A stretch of 64,000 nucleotides of DNA from Thermoanaerobaculia bacterium. GTDB lineage: Bacteria; Acidobacteriota; Thermoanaerobaculia; UBA5066. Made by a program: the position numbers and the translations under genes. The stretch covers positions 288,001 to 352,000 of the forward strand of contig CAWFJJ010000028.1 in the NCBI GenBank assembly GCA_963816185.1, in the 5' to 3' direction. This document shows, piece by piece, positions 43,693 to 52,951 of the stretch; within the stretch, counting starts at the first letter, position 1; each line of letters opens with the position of its first letter. The notes under the pieces were generated by a model. The model had not been told where the DNA came from. It saw only the letters and a program-made list of their open reading frames with translations, and did not search any database.

Positions 43693-44832
43693 TTAGTAGT
43701 AGAAGACCTGGAACTGGACGGTGTACTCGTTCGTCGAGGCCACGTTCTTGTTGTCCGGGGCATCCGTCCGCGTGAAGCCGGCCTTGATGTTGAAGTTCGC
43801 GCCGTAGGGGTACCAGCCGAGGCCGCCCTGGTACTTGGTCCGGTTGAGCCCCTTGTTCACGTCGTCCGAGTAACGCTGTTGCTCGTAGCGTATGAACGGC
43901 ATGACCTTGGCCGAGCCGATGTAGACGCCGGCTTCGCCGTAGAGGTCGTCCTGCTTGAGGAGCGCCGCCGTGTTGAACGTGACGCCGCCGTCGTAATGAA
44001 TGTAATCGGCCTGCACCGTGATGCCGTTGCCCGTCCCGACGGGATAGTCGAAGAAGAGGTCGCCGGCGTAGGCGGTGTAATCGCTCTGCGTGTCGTAGCC
44101 CCCGCCGATCGCGAGGATCTTCTTCTTTCCGAAATACGTCCCCGCGTAGAACTGGCCCTTCTCGACGTCGAACACGTCGTACTGGAGGCGCCCGGCGAAC
44201 CGGAACGAGTTCTTCACGCCGGGAGCGCGGAAGCCGGAATAGACGCCCGCGCGGTACTCGAGGTGGTCGTCCGCGAGGTAGCCCTTCGCCTGGAAGCCCG
44301 TGTCACGTCCGACCGAGGACTGCGTCGAGGCGCTCTCCTGGAACGACCAGGTGCCGTAGTCCATCGTGAGGAGGGTCACGGCGCTCGTGTTGCAGTTGCG
44401 GCAGAGCGGAATCAGGATGAGGCCGGCGTCGATCGTGAACTCGTTCGCGATCTTCCAGTCGAGGAACGCGTCCTGGACGATGAAGCCCGTGCCCGGCGCC
44501 TTGCCGCCTGCGCCGCCGGCCACCGTCTGCGTCGACTTGCCGAGGTTCGGGTTGTCGGTCATGAAGAAGAACGTGACGTCCTTCGCGACCTGACCGCCAA
44601 GGAAGAACCTGGCCCGCCGCAGGAACAGGTTCTGCTGGAACCCGGCCGTCTCCCCCGTGGCGTTGGACACGCCGTTCCAGTCGCCCCAGGCCTGCATCAG
44701 GAGTCCGAGCCGGAAGTTGACGGTATCGTTTACCTTGACGATGGCCTGCGCGTTCGCGACTGCCGGTAGCAGCGCGATGAGCAGGGCAAGGGAGACGAGG
44801 GCGAATCGATTCGAAAGAATCTTTGAACGCAC
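43693..44832 (-). CDS. Outer-membrane porin (OprO/OprP-like beta-barrel)
   Basis: Signal peptide ending ANA, FLRRARF..GG, GRDTG, amphipathic strands, C-terminal aromatic QFQVFYY. Confidence 0.8.
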   Translation of the reverse strand: MRSKILSNRFALVSLALLIALLPAVANAQAIVKVNDTVNFRLGLLMQAWGDWNGVSNATGETAGFQQNLFLRRARFFLGGQVAKDVTFFFMTDNPNLGKSTQTVAGGAGGKAPGTGFIVQDAFLDWKIANEFTIDAGLILIPLCRNCNTSAVTLLTMDYGTWSFQESASTQSSVGRDTGFQAKGYLADDHLEYRAGVYSGFRAPGVKNSFRFAGRLQYDVFDVEKGQFYAGTYFGKKKILAIGGGYDTQSDYTAYAGDLFFDYPVGTGNGITVQADYIHYDGGVTFNTAALLKQDDLYGEAGVYIGSAKVMPFIRYEQQRYSDDVNKGLNRTKYQGGLGWYPYGANFNIKAGFTRTDAPDNKNVASTNEYTVQFQVFYY

Positions 44833-44894
44833 ACCTTCCTCCTTAAAGTCAGCACGCCGACGAACGGCACGACAGGAACACATCTGTGCTCAAA

Positions 44895-44924
44895 ATGATA
44901 GACACTCAGCAGAATGCGCGTCAA
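44895..44924 (-). promoter_or_regulatory. Sigma70-type promoter for the porin
   Basis: Minus strand TTGACG-18 nt-TATCAT. Confidence 0.6.
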
Positions 44925-44959
44925 CAGGAATCTCCCGGCCGTGAGTAATGCATCTGCAC

Positions 44960-45077
44960 TAGCGCAGCGGCAGCATTTCGCTTGACATCGAGCGTGAGAG
45001 TGAAAGACTCGCCGCCAGATTTGTTTGAGGTGAACTCAGCTAATGGAGTCCGCTCCGCACGATAGCGCAGCGGCAGC
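44960..45077 (+). repeat. Exact 15-bp direct repeat tagcgcagcggcagc flanking a TTGACA box; candidate operator pair
   Basis: Copies at 44960-44974 and 45063-45077; TTGACA at 44982-44987. Confidence 0.7.
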
Positions 45078-45252
45078 CCGGCTTTACGTGAAGCGGGTGC
45101 CGCCTGCTCGAAGAACCGGGCGCACTCCCCGTCTTGTGCGTTAACGCGGAACAAATTTTCGGATCGAACTGGAAAAGAAGACCCTGAGCGAGATCGTCGT
45201 TGTTTCCCTAGGTCCTGGAATGCCATGAACCGAAAGGAAGGGAGGCTCTAAT

Positions 45253-46524
45253 ATGTCAAGTGCTGCTGGAACTCCGGGGGCTGCTGCCGTGCCACGTGGG
45301 GACGTAGGTTTGAATCGATGGTGGCGCGTGGTGGGCGGGCTCCTGATGAACCTGGCCCTGGGCTCGCTTTACGCCTGGAGCGTCTTCGTCGCGCCCCTGG
45401 AGAAGGAGTTCGGCTGGAAGCGGGCGGACACGTCTGCGGTGTTCACATGGGCCGTCGTCGTCTTTGCCATCGCCTTCATCGTCGCGGGGCGCCTCCAGGA
45501 CAAGCTCGGGCCTTTCATGGTCTCGATCATCGGCTGCATCTTGCTGACGGCAGGCTTCATTCTCTGCATGTGGACGAGCAGCCTCACGTACCTGATCGTC
45601 TGCTTCGGGATTCTCGTCGGCATCGGTAACGGATTCGGCTACGCGACGCCGATTCCGGTCATGTCCAAATGGTTCCCGGACAAGCGCGGCCTGGCCGTCG
45701 GTCTGGCCGTCGCGGGTTACGGCGGCGGTTCGGCCATCTTCGGACCCCTGGCGAACCTGTGGCTGATCCCGGCCTACGGCTGGCGGGCCACATTCGCCAT
45801 CCTCGGCGTCATTTTCTTCTTCATGACCCTCGTCGGAGCTTTACTGCTGAAGAACCCTCCGGCCGGATACCAGGTGCCGGGCTGGGTGCCCGCTTCAAAA
45901 CCGAAGTCCCTGGCGACAACCTACGAGTTCACTCCCGGGGAAATGTGGCGCACCCCGGCGGCGTACTTCATGTGGATCGCCTACTGCCTGGGCTGCGCTG
46001 CCGGCCTCATGGTCATCAGCCAGCTGATCCCGTTCGCCAAGAGCGAGGGGATTCCCGGCGCAGCTCTTCCCGTCATCGGGCTCGTCATAGGCGCGGCCGG
46101 GAACGCCTCCGGTCGAATCCTGTCGGGCTGGATGTCGGATGCCATGGGACGTCTCAATGTCCTGCGTCTGATGATCGCGATCTCGGCCATCTCCATGCCG
46201 ATCCTCTACCTCACCGGAAGCAACGTCGCGATGCTCTACGTGATGGTCTTCATCGTCTACTGGTGCTACGGCACGCAGCTCTCGGTGAACGCCTCGACGA
46301 CGGCCGACTTCTGGGGCACGAAGAACGTCGGCATCAACTACGGCATTCTGTTCACCGCCTGGGGTGTCGCAGGCTTCATCGGACCCCGGATCGGCGGCGT
46401 GCTCTTCGACAAGTACAAGAACTACCAGGCAGCCTTCTACACCGCGGCCGCCCTGGCGGTAGTCGCGCTCATCTGCGAGTTCCTGGCGAAGAAGCCGAAC
46501 CCGCCCGTGGGGGCGCACGCTTAG
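45253..46524 (+). CDS. OFA-family MFS transporter (YhjX/monocarboxylate-like)
   Basis: GSLYAWSVF, WFPDKRGLA.G, GYGGGS, NASGRI, NYGILFTAWG. Confidence 0.88.
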   Translation: MSSAAGTPGAAAVPRGDVGLNRWWRVVGGLLMNLALGSLYAWSVFVAPLEKEFGWKRADTSAVFTWAVVVFAIAFIVAGRLQDKLGPFMVSIIGCILLTAGFILCMWTSSLTYLIVCFGILVGIGNGFGYATPIPVMSKWFPDKRGLAVGLAVAGYGGGSAIFGPLANLWLIPAYGWRATFAILGVIFFFMTLVGALLLKNPPAGYQVPGWVPASKPKSLATTYEFTPGEMWRTPAAYFMWIAYCLGCAAGLMVISQLIPFAKSEGIPGAALPVIGLVIGAAGNASGRILSGWMSDAMGRLNVLRLMIAISAISMPILYLTGSNVAMLYVMVFIVYWCYGTQLSVNASTTADFWGTKNVGINYGILFTAWGVAGFIGPRIGGVLFDKYKNYQAAFYTAAALAVVALICEFLAKKPNPPVGAHA

Positions 46525-46580
46525 GGGGCCGGCGCGGGTCTTGACACCGAAACTCTTTCGACAACGGACAGGAGAAGAGA

Positions 46581-47996
46581 ATGGCTGACAGCACGTTTCC
46601 CAAACACAAGGTCCTGCCTTGGCCGGCGGTTCCGATCCCGACCCCCGACGAGGTGTACGCGGGTCTTACGGATCAGGCCAAGGAATATCCCCTCTCACTC
46701 GAGAAGCAGCTCAGACAGAGCGAGAACTTCAAGAAGCCCGAGAACCTGACGACGGTGCGGGTCCTCGACCTGAGCAAGGGGATGATCATCGGCAACTGGT
46801 GTTCCTCGATGCTCTCGGAGCTCGGCTCGGACACCATCAAGTGCGAGCCGCCCGACGGCGACCCCTTGCGGTGGCAGACGCCGTTCGGACGCAAGGAGTA
46901 CATGATCAAGGATGCCGAGACCGGCGAGCCGATCGGCCTGCACTTCCTCCACGAGATGAGGAACAAACAGTCGATCACGCTCAATCTCGAGAAGCCGGAG
47001 GGACGCGAGCTCCTCAAGAAGCTCGCCGTCCACTGCGATGTCCTCATCGAGAACTACCCGCCGGGGCAGTTCGACGCATGGGGGATCGGCTATCGGCAGC
47101 TGAAGGAGATCAACCCGCGACTCGTCTACTGCTGGGTGGGGCAGAAGGGCCAGTGGGGCCCGTCGAAAGACAAGCCGGGGAACCTGGACCCGACCGCTCA
47201 GGCGGCGTGCGGATTCATACACGGCACCGGCCTCCCGAAGGAGTTCGGCGGACGGCCCACGCGCTCGGCCATGTGGATGGCGGACCAGGTCGGCGGGACG
47301 TCGGCGGCCATCGGGATTCTCGCCGCGCTCCTTTATCGCGACAAGGTCTCGGGTAAGGGTCAGTTCATCGAGGCGACGGCGGCCGAGGCCATCATCCGGA
47401 TCCTGGACTACAACTGGGGCTGGTACGGGTTCGACGGGAGCATCCGCCCCCGCTACGGGAACTGGGACCTCGCGATCAACATCTACGCCGTCAACCCGTG
47501 CAAGGACGGGTACTTCATGGTGGGCGGCGGACACGATCGCCTCTGGTACCGGATCTGGCGGACGGTGGGGCAGTCACGTCCCGACCTCGAGGACGAGATT
47601 CTCGACGACAAGAGCCTCCGGGTCGTCACGGCGCGGCTTCCGCACCTGAAGCAGGTGAAAACCTACACGGTTCTCGCCGACTGGCAGAAGGACCATTCCC
47701 GGGCGGACGCCATGCACCAGCTCCTCGCCCAGCAGGTCGCGTCCGGCGGCGTCAACTACGTCGACGAGGTGGCCGAAGACCCGCATTTCAAGTACCGCGG
47801 ACACGTCGACGAGTTCGACGATCGGCTCTACGGAAAAGTCCTCTACGGCACGTCGCCCTTGCTCGAGGACAAGGCTCCCGCGCGCCTGAAGTGGATCGGC
47901 CGGCCCTTGGGATACGACAACGAAGAGATTTATCTGAAGCTCCTCGGGCTTGGTCCGGCCGAGGTTGCCGCGCTCAAGAAGCGCGGAGTGGTTTAG
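46581..47996 (+). CDS. Family III (CaiB/BaiF) CoA-transferase, subunit 1
   Basis: VRVLDLS, KCEPP.GD.LR, RNKQSITLNL, DVLIENY.PG, INPRLVY, ADQVGG, GKGQFI. Confidence 0.88.
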   Translation: MADSTFPKHKVLPWPAVPIPTPDEVYAGLTDQAKEYPLSLEKQLRQSENFKKPENLTTVRVLDLSKGMIIGNWCSSMLSELGSDTIKCEPPDGDPLRWQTPFGRKEYMIKDAETGEPIGLHFLHEMRNKQSITLNLEKPEGRELLKKLAVHCDVLIENYPPGQFDAWGIGYRQLKEINPRLVYCWVGQKGQWGPSKDKPGNLDPTAQAACGFIHGTGLPKEFGGRPTRSAMWMADQVGGTSAAIGILAALLYRDKVSGKGQFIEATAAEAIIRILDYNWGWYGFDGSIRPRYGNWDLAINIYAVNPCKDGYFMVGGGHDRLWYRIWRTVGQSRPDLEDEILDDKSLRVVTARLPHLKQVKTYTVLADWQKDHSRADAMHQLLAQQVASGGVNYVDEVAEDPHFKYRGHVDEFDDRLYGKVLYGTSPLLEDKAPARLKWIGRPLGYDNEEIYLKLLGLGPAEVAALKKRGVV

Positions 47997-48015
47997 GTCA
48001 GAGGAGGCAGCGAAG

Positions 48016-49361
48016 ATGGCCACACCCGATTTCGAAACCTACTGTCAGCAGCTCTTCGACCACAAGACGGCTGCCGGAAAGCCTGAGGTCCTGAAGGGCT
48101 ATCGCGTTCTTTCCTGCACGCAGTACATCCTTGGTCCTTCCACCGCGGCGTATCTGGCCGAACTGGGAGCCGAGGTCATCAAGATCGAGACGCCGCGGCG
48201 CGGCGAGCCGATGCGTCACACGACCCCGTTCAACGAGCCCCTCCTCTACCCTCTCTCCCGCTGGGTGCCGGAGGCGGGGACGGGCCTGGGCTTCTTCGGC
48301 GCCAACGACAACGAGGAGTTCGTCAGCCTCGACTTCCACCGGCCGGAGGCGAGGCAGGCCATGCTGGAGCTGGCGGCCAAGTCGGACGTCATGGTCCAGA
48401 ACTTCCGGCCCGGAACATTCGACCGGTGGGGAATGGGCTATCAGCACTTTTCCAAGGTCAACCCCCGCCTCGTCTATCAGTGGCTGGGCGGGTTCGGCGG
48501 CTGGGGGCCCGGACGCGTGCGCGCCTCGTACGACATCCTGGGCCAGGCCATGGGCGGCGCCTTCGGGATCACTGGCGAAGCCGCTGACCGGGGCGGGACG
48601 CCGTCCAAGCACACGATCTGGCTGGCCGACTACTGGGGCGGCATGATGGCTGCGGTCGCGATCCTGGCGGCTCTCTATCGTCGGGACACGGTTTCAGGCG
48701 AGGGGTGCTTCATCGAGTACTCGCAGGTTCACGGCGTCACGCGGCAGCTCGAGTACGCTCTTCCGCTCTACGGGCGGTACGGCATCCGGCGTGAGCGCTG
48801 GGGCAACTGGGACACCGAGCTCTGCGCACACGGGATCGTCCAGTGCGGCAAGTCGTCCTATCCGGGCTCCAAGAACCCGCAGGAAGCCGAGGTGGGGTAC
48901 ATCCTCGTCACGGCCCACACGGACGAGGACTTCAAGAAGCTGTGCGACGTGATCGGGCCGGAAGGACCTTGCCGACGTCACTCGGGAAACACGACGACCG
49001 CGTCAAGGCCGAGAATCAGGGCACCGTCTACGATGCCATCGAGGCCTGGGCGAAGGACAAGAGCAAGGAAGACGTGGCGAACCTTCTCGACAAGGCCGGC
49101 ATCAACAACCAGCCGGTGTGGAACGCGAAGGAGGTCTCCGAGCACCCTCACTGGAAGCTCCGCGGCGCGGTCCAGTGGATCGACGATCCGATCTTCGGCG
49201 ATCTGCACCATCAGGGTCCCGCCTTCATGATGTCCGAGACGCCTCCGCGCCTGAAGTGGGCGCTGAAGCCCGTGGGCGCCGACAACGAGCGGGTCTACGG
49301 ACGGCTCCTCGGGTGGACGAAATCGAAGCTCGCGAAGATGGAAGAGATGGAGGTGATCTGA
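48016..49361 (+). CDS. Family III CoA-transferase, subunit 2 (one frameshift near 48960)
   Basis: LKGYRVL, LGP, LGAEVIKIE, DVMVQNFRPG, NPRLVY, SYD, ADYWGG, MSETP. Confidence 0.88.
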
Positions 49362-49362
49362 G

Positions 49363-49785
49363 ATGGCCAGCGAGACGACCTCCGGCGTCATCAAACAGGG
49401 TCTGGTGCTCACGTGCGCCAAGTGCTCCACCAAGAACTTCCTCGACCCGTATCCGTTCTGGAACTTCAGCGGCAACACGAAATGTGCCGGCTGCGACGCC
49501 ATCTACGCCGTTAAGTTCGTCAAGGGCCAGCAGGAGAGCGGGCCGACGGCCACCTCCGGGAAAGCGGATCTTCTTCCGGGCTACGCCGAAGACAAGAACG
49601 GCGCCGCCATCACCGGGGAAGGAAAGATCCGCCCCGCCCCGCAGGCGCGGCCCGATCCCTTCACCGGGCAGCAGAAGCAGATCACGAAGAGCCTCCGGGG
49701 CAAGCCGGTCAGCGGCAGCCGTCTCAAGAAGGAAGATCTCGTGGGAAGCCGGCCCAAGTTCATCGTGGACTTGCGCAAGAGCTGA
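49363..49785 (+). CDS. Hypothetical zinc-ribbon-like protein (140 aa)
   Basis: GGAGG RBS, 1 nt after the previous stop; CAKC...CAGC pair. Confidence 0.75.
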   Translation: MASETTSGVIKQGLVLTCAKCSTKNFLDPYPFWNFSGNTKCAGCDAIYAVKFVKGQQESGPTATSGKADLLPGYAEDKNGAAITGEGKIRPAPQARPDPFTGQQKQITKSLRGKPVSGSRLKKEDLVGSRPKFIVDLRKS

Positions 49786-49801
49786 AGAAGGAGAAAAAGC
49801 C

Positions 49802-49996
49802 GTGGCACAGACCGAGAAGAAAAAGGAAACGTCGACTTACAAGTGCTGCGAGCACTTCGAGGCCGCGCTGGATCCGAACATCCTGAGGGCGTACGTCGGC
49901 TACTGCAAGGCGCGCGCATGGCCCTTCACGGTGATGGTCCCCATCGGCGGCCTGGAGGGTGAGTGTCCGAAGCCCCCGATCAAGAAGAAGGCCTAA
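49802..49996 (+). CDS. Small hypothetical Cys-rich protein (64 aa)
   Basis: AAGGAG RBS then GTG; VAQTEKKKETSTYKCCEHFEAALDPNILRAYVGYCKARAWPFTVMVPIGGLEGECPKPPIKKKA; coding-like codon use. Confidence 0.7.
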   Translation: MAQTEKKKETSTYKCCEHFEAALDPNILRAYVGYCKARAWPFTVMVPIGGLEGECPKPPIKKKA

Positions 49997-50013
49997 GACG
50001 GCCGGGAACAGGC

Positions 50014-50346
50014 ATGGCGAGCCTCCGAGAGGAGTTCGAGCAGCGGTACGGACGGCTCTGGTCCGGCGCGTCGTCACTCGAAATCGGGGGCGTCACCTAC
50101 GAGCTTGAAGAGGTGATGCACAAGATCGGCTTCGGCTTCGAGGGGCTCAAGCTCATCGACGCCCCTCGGGTCGAAGCCGGCCGCGCCGCCATCCGTTTCT
50201 TCGACGGCGAGGTTCGCTGCATCGTGTGCCTCGAGCTGGGGGAGGATCTTACGATTCTGGAAGAGCATCGCGTCCACATCGCCGAGTGGCTTGGGGATGC
50301 CTACTTCGAGACGGAATGGCAGGTGAACTGCCCCATGGATTTCTGA
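50014..50346 (+). CDS. Small acidic hypothetical protein (110 aa)
   Basis: MASLREEFEQRYG...HRVHIAEWLGDAYF...CPMDF; tight operon spacing. Confidence 0.7.
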   Translation: MASLREEFEQRYGRLWSGASSLEIGGVTYELEEVMHKIGFGFEGLKLIDAPRVEAGRAAIRFFDGEVRCIVCLELGEDLTILEEHRVHIAEWLGDAYFETEWQVNCPMDF

Positions 50347-50357
50347 GAGGAGACACC

Positions 50358-50783
50358 ATGAAAGTCAAGTTCTACTACTCCAGCAAGGACAAGCCGGGCG
50401 AGCAGTACCCGTGCAACATCGCGGCCTGCCTCGAGAAGGTCAAGAAATTGAAGGCGCAGGGATACGACGTCGAGGCGATCGACGTCGCCGGTGTGGCGGA
50501 TGTGTTCCGCTTCTACCATTCGGCCCTGACCGGTCCGCCCGCGACCGTCCGCGCCGTCTTCGGCATGAAGGGAGCGCTCGAGGCCGACTTCGGCCGTACG
50601 ACGCCCGCCGTCCTCGCCTTCGGCGATCCGAAGGACCGCTACCCGACCGACGCCTACCCGCGGCAGGATCAGGGCAGGGGCGGACTCGTCGGATGCGAGA
50701 AGGCTCTCGACGACCTCGCCAAGGAGCTCGCCAAGCTGCCGGCGACCGAGGACGAAGAGGAGGAGCAGGAGGCGAGTCGTTGA
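50358..50783 (+). CDS. Hypothetical protein (141 aa), possibly thioredoxin-like fold
   Basis: GAGGAG RBS; beta-alpha-beta N-terminus, TPAVL segment, three Cys, acidic tail; stop overlaps the ligase TTG. Confidence 0.7.
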   Translation: MKVKFYYSSKDKPGEQYPCNIAACLEKVKKLKAQGYDVEAIDVAGVADVFRFYHSALTGPPATVRAVFGMKGALEADFGRTTPAVLAFGDPKDRYPTDAYPRQDQGRGGLVGCEKALDDLAKELAKLPATEDEEEEQEASR

Positions 50784-52447
50784 GCACGATCCCCGCGGAT
50801 TACCTGCCCCCGAAGGAATATCAGCCCCAGCGGATCTACAAGCTCGAGGAGTTCGCGACCTATCCCGATCCGCTGAACAGCACCGAGGAGCTGCTCGACA
50901 AGCAGGTCGCGGCGGGGAGGGGCGACAGCCGCGCGATCCTCTTCGGTGACAAGATCATCACGTATAAGCAGCTCCTGGGGGCTGCCTGCAAGATCGGCAA
51001 TGCCCTCAGGAAGCTCGGCGTCGAGGAAGCGGACCGGGTCATGCTCCGGTCGCCGAACGTTCCGCCCGCCCTCTTCACGAACTTCGGCGTCCTGAGGCTC
51101 GGAGCCGTGATGGTCCCGACCTCGCACATGCTCTCTCCGAACGAGATCGCGCACATCGCGAACAACGCCGAGGCGAAAGTGATCATCGTGGCGGCGGCCT
51201 TCCTCGAGGGGGTCGTCAAGGCCCGGGCGAATCTCAAGACGGTCAAGCATGTCATCGTCTTCGGCGGGAACCCGGAGGAGCTGAAGACGCAGGGGCTGCT
51301 CTCCTACGAAGAGCTCGTCGCGAACGAGTCGCCGGCGCTCGAACCCGTTCGCCGTCCGCGCACCGCCGTCTCCGTCCTCCTCTATACGTCTGGAACGACG
51401 GGGATGCCCAAGGGAACGGCGCACTTCATGGAAGAGGCGCTGATCGTCCCGGACACCATGGGAAAGCACGGATGGAACGTGCAGCCCGAGGACATCCTCT
51501 GCGGCCCGGCCCCCATCTCGTTGGCCGGCGGGTACTCGACGGTGGCGACGATTCCCTTCAGGTTCGGCGCCGCGGCCTCCCTGATCCCGAAGTTCACCCC
51601 AGACGGGCTCTTCGAGCTGATCCAGAGCCACAAGGTGACGATCCTGAGCGCTCTCCCCACGGCGTATCGGAAGATGCTCGAGGTTTCGGGCGCCGAGAAG
51701 AAGTACGACCTGTCGAGCCTCCGCGTTCTGACGGGCGGCGGCGAATCGCTGACCGCAAAGACGTATCTGGATTGGAAAGCCCGCTTCGGCCAGGAGATCT
51801 ACGAGGGCCTCGGAACGACGGAGATGATGTACGTCTTCGTCTCCAGCGTCGTCACCCGCAAGGTGAAGCCGGGCGCGATCGGCACCGCGGTCCCCGGATA
51901 CGAGATCCAGGTCATAACGGAAGATGGCAAGGTCGCGAAGCCGGGAGAGCTGGGAAGGCTCTATGCACGCGGTCCCACGGGACCCCTTTACTGGCGTCCC
52001 CTCGAGGAGGGCGGAAGTCTTCTCGAGAAGCAAAAATCGCTCATCCGCGAAGGCTGGGCCCTGGTCGGCGACTTCTGCACGATGGACGAGGAGGGATACC
52101 TCAGCTTCGTCTCCCGCCAGGAGGATCTGATCAAGAGCTCCGGCTACCGCATCGGACCCGAGGAGATCGAGGATGCGCTCCTCAAACACCCCGCCGTGGC
52201 GGACGCGGGCGTGATCGGGATCCCGGATCCTGTCCGGGGACAGAACGTCAAGGCCGCCGTCATCCTGCGGCCCGGCTACACGCCGAGCGAGGAGCTGAAG
52301 CAGAAGCTCATCGACAGCTGTCGGGACCACATCGCGATTTACAAGCTGCCGCGCATCGTGGAGTTCGTCACGGAGCTGCCGCGAACGCTGCAGGGAAAGC
52401 TCCTTCGGCGGGTCCTGCGAGACAAGGAGGTCGTCGCCACGAGATAG
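50780..52447 (+). CDS. AMP-forming acyl-CoA ligase (benzoate/2-aminobenzoate-CoA ligase-like)
   Basis: YLPP..YP..LN..ELLD N-terminus, YTSGTTGMPKG, EGLGTTE, GD, IKSSGYRIGP.EIE, LPRT..GKL.R. Confidence 0.88.
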   Translation: MSTIPADYLPPKEYQPQRIYKLEEFATYPDPLNSTEELLDKQVAAGRGDSRAILFGDKIITYKQLLGAACKIGNALRKLGVEEADRVMLRSPNVPPALFTNFGVLRLGAVMVPTSHMLSPNEIAHIANNAEAKVIIVAAAFLEGVVKARANLKTVKHVIVFGGNPEELKTQGLLSYEELVANESPALEPVRRPRTAVSVLLYTSGTTGMPKGTAHFMEEALIVPDTMGKHGWNVQPEDILCGPAPISLAGGYSTVATIPFRFGAAASLIPKFTPDGLFELIQSHKVTILSALPTAYRKMLEVSGAEKKYDLSSLRVLTGGGESLTAKTYLDWKARFGQEIYEGLGTTEMMYVFVSSVVTRKVKPGAIGTAVPGYEIQVITEDGKVAKPGELGRLYARGPTGPLYWRPLEEGGSLLEKQKSLIREGWALVGDFCTMDEEGYLSFVSRQEDLIKSSGYRIGPEEIEDALLKHPAVADAGVIGIPDPVRGQNVKAAVILRPGYTPSEELKQKLIDSCRDHIAIYKLPRIVEFVTELPRTLQGKLLRRVLRDKEVVATR

Positions 52448-52502
52448 CGCATCACCCTAGGTCAAGACCGTCTCGCCGAATGACGGCACCTGAACGAAGG
52501 AT

Positions 52503-52913
52503 TCAGGCCGTGACCTTCTCGGGCAGGAGTCGTTGCAGAGTGTCGAGCAGATCGCTGACGGCGAAAGGCTTTGCAATATAGCCATCAGGCGGGGGCACGA
52601 TCTTGCGGTGGTGGATGAACTCCTTGAACTCCGGCTGAATGCCCGTGATCATCACGATGGGGATGCCCGCGAGTTGCAGGATCGTCACGTATCTCCCGAT
52701 AGACGCGAACGCCCGTGGGATCCGGCATCACGATGTCGAGGCAGATCAGATCCGGCAGATGCCGGCGTGCAAGAGCGAGTCCCTCTGTTCCGTCCGTCGC
52801 GCACAGAGGCTCGTACCCGTTGTCGCGCAGGATCGCTCTCCAGGTAGGTGACCACATCGAGATCGTCGTCTATGACGAGCACCTTTTTCGCGGGACTGTT
52901 GCGTGGTCATCAT
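52503..52913 (-). CDS. Single-domain response regulator (frameshifted)
   Basis: VLVIDDD, PDLICLDIVMP, IPIVMITG, YIAKP. Confidence 0.82.
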
Positions 52914-52951
52914 TGCCTCCCTTTGGTAAGGTCTCTGTTCCCCTTGCCGTC

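Noticed and set aside
50336-50350. ggatttctgagagg as another copy of the dispersed motif (also 42841-42855, 22741-22757)
   Set aside because: Weak matches; the first is explained by a stop codon plus RBS, so none were counted
45253-52447. Classical oxalate pathway (oxlT-frc-oxc) or bbsEF/phthalate cluster
   Set aside because: No TPP-dependent Oxc, UbiD/UbiX or beta-oxidation genes; transporter lacks the OxlT Lys
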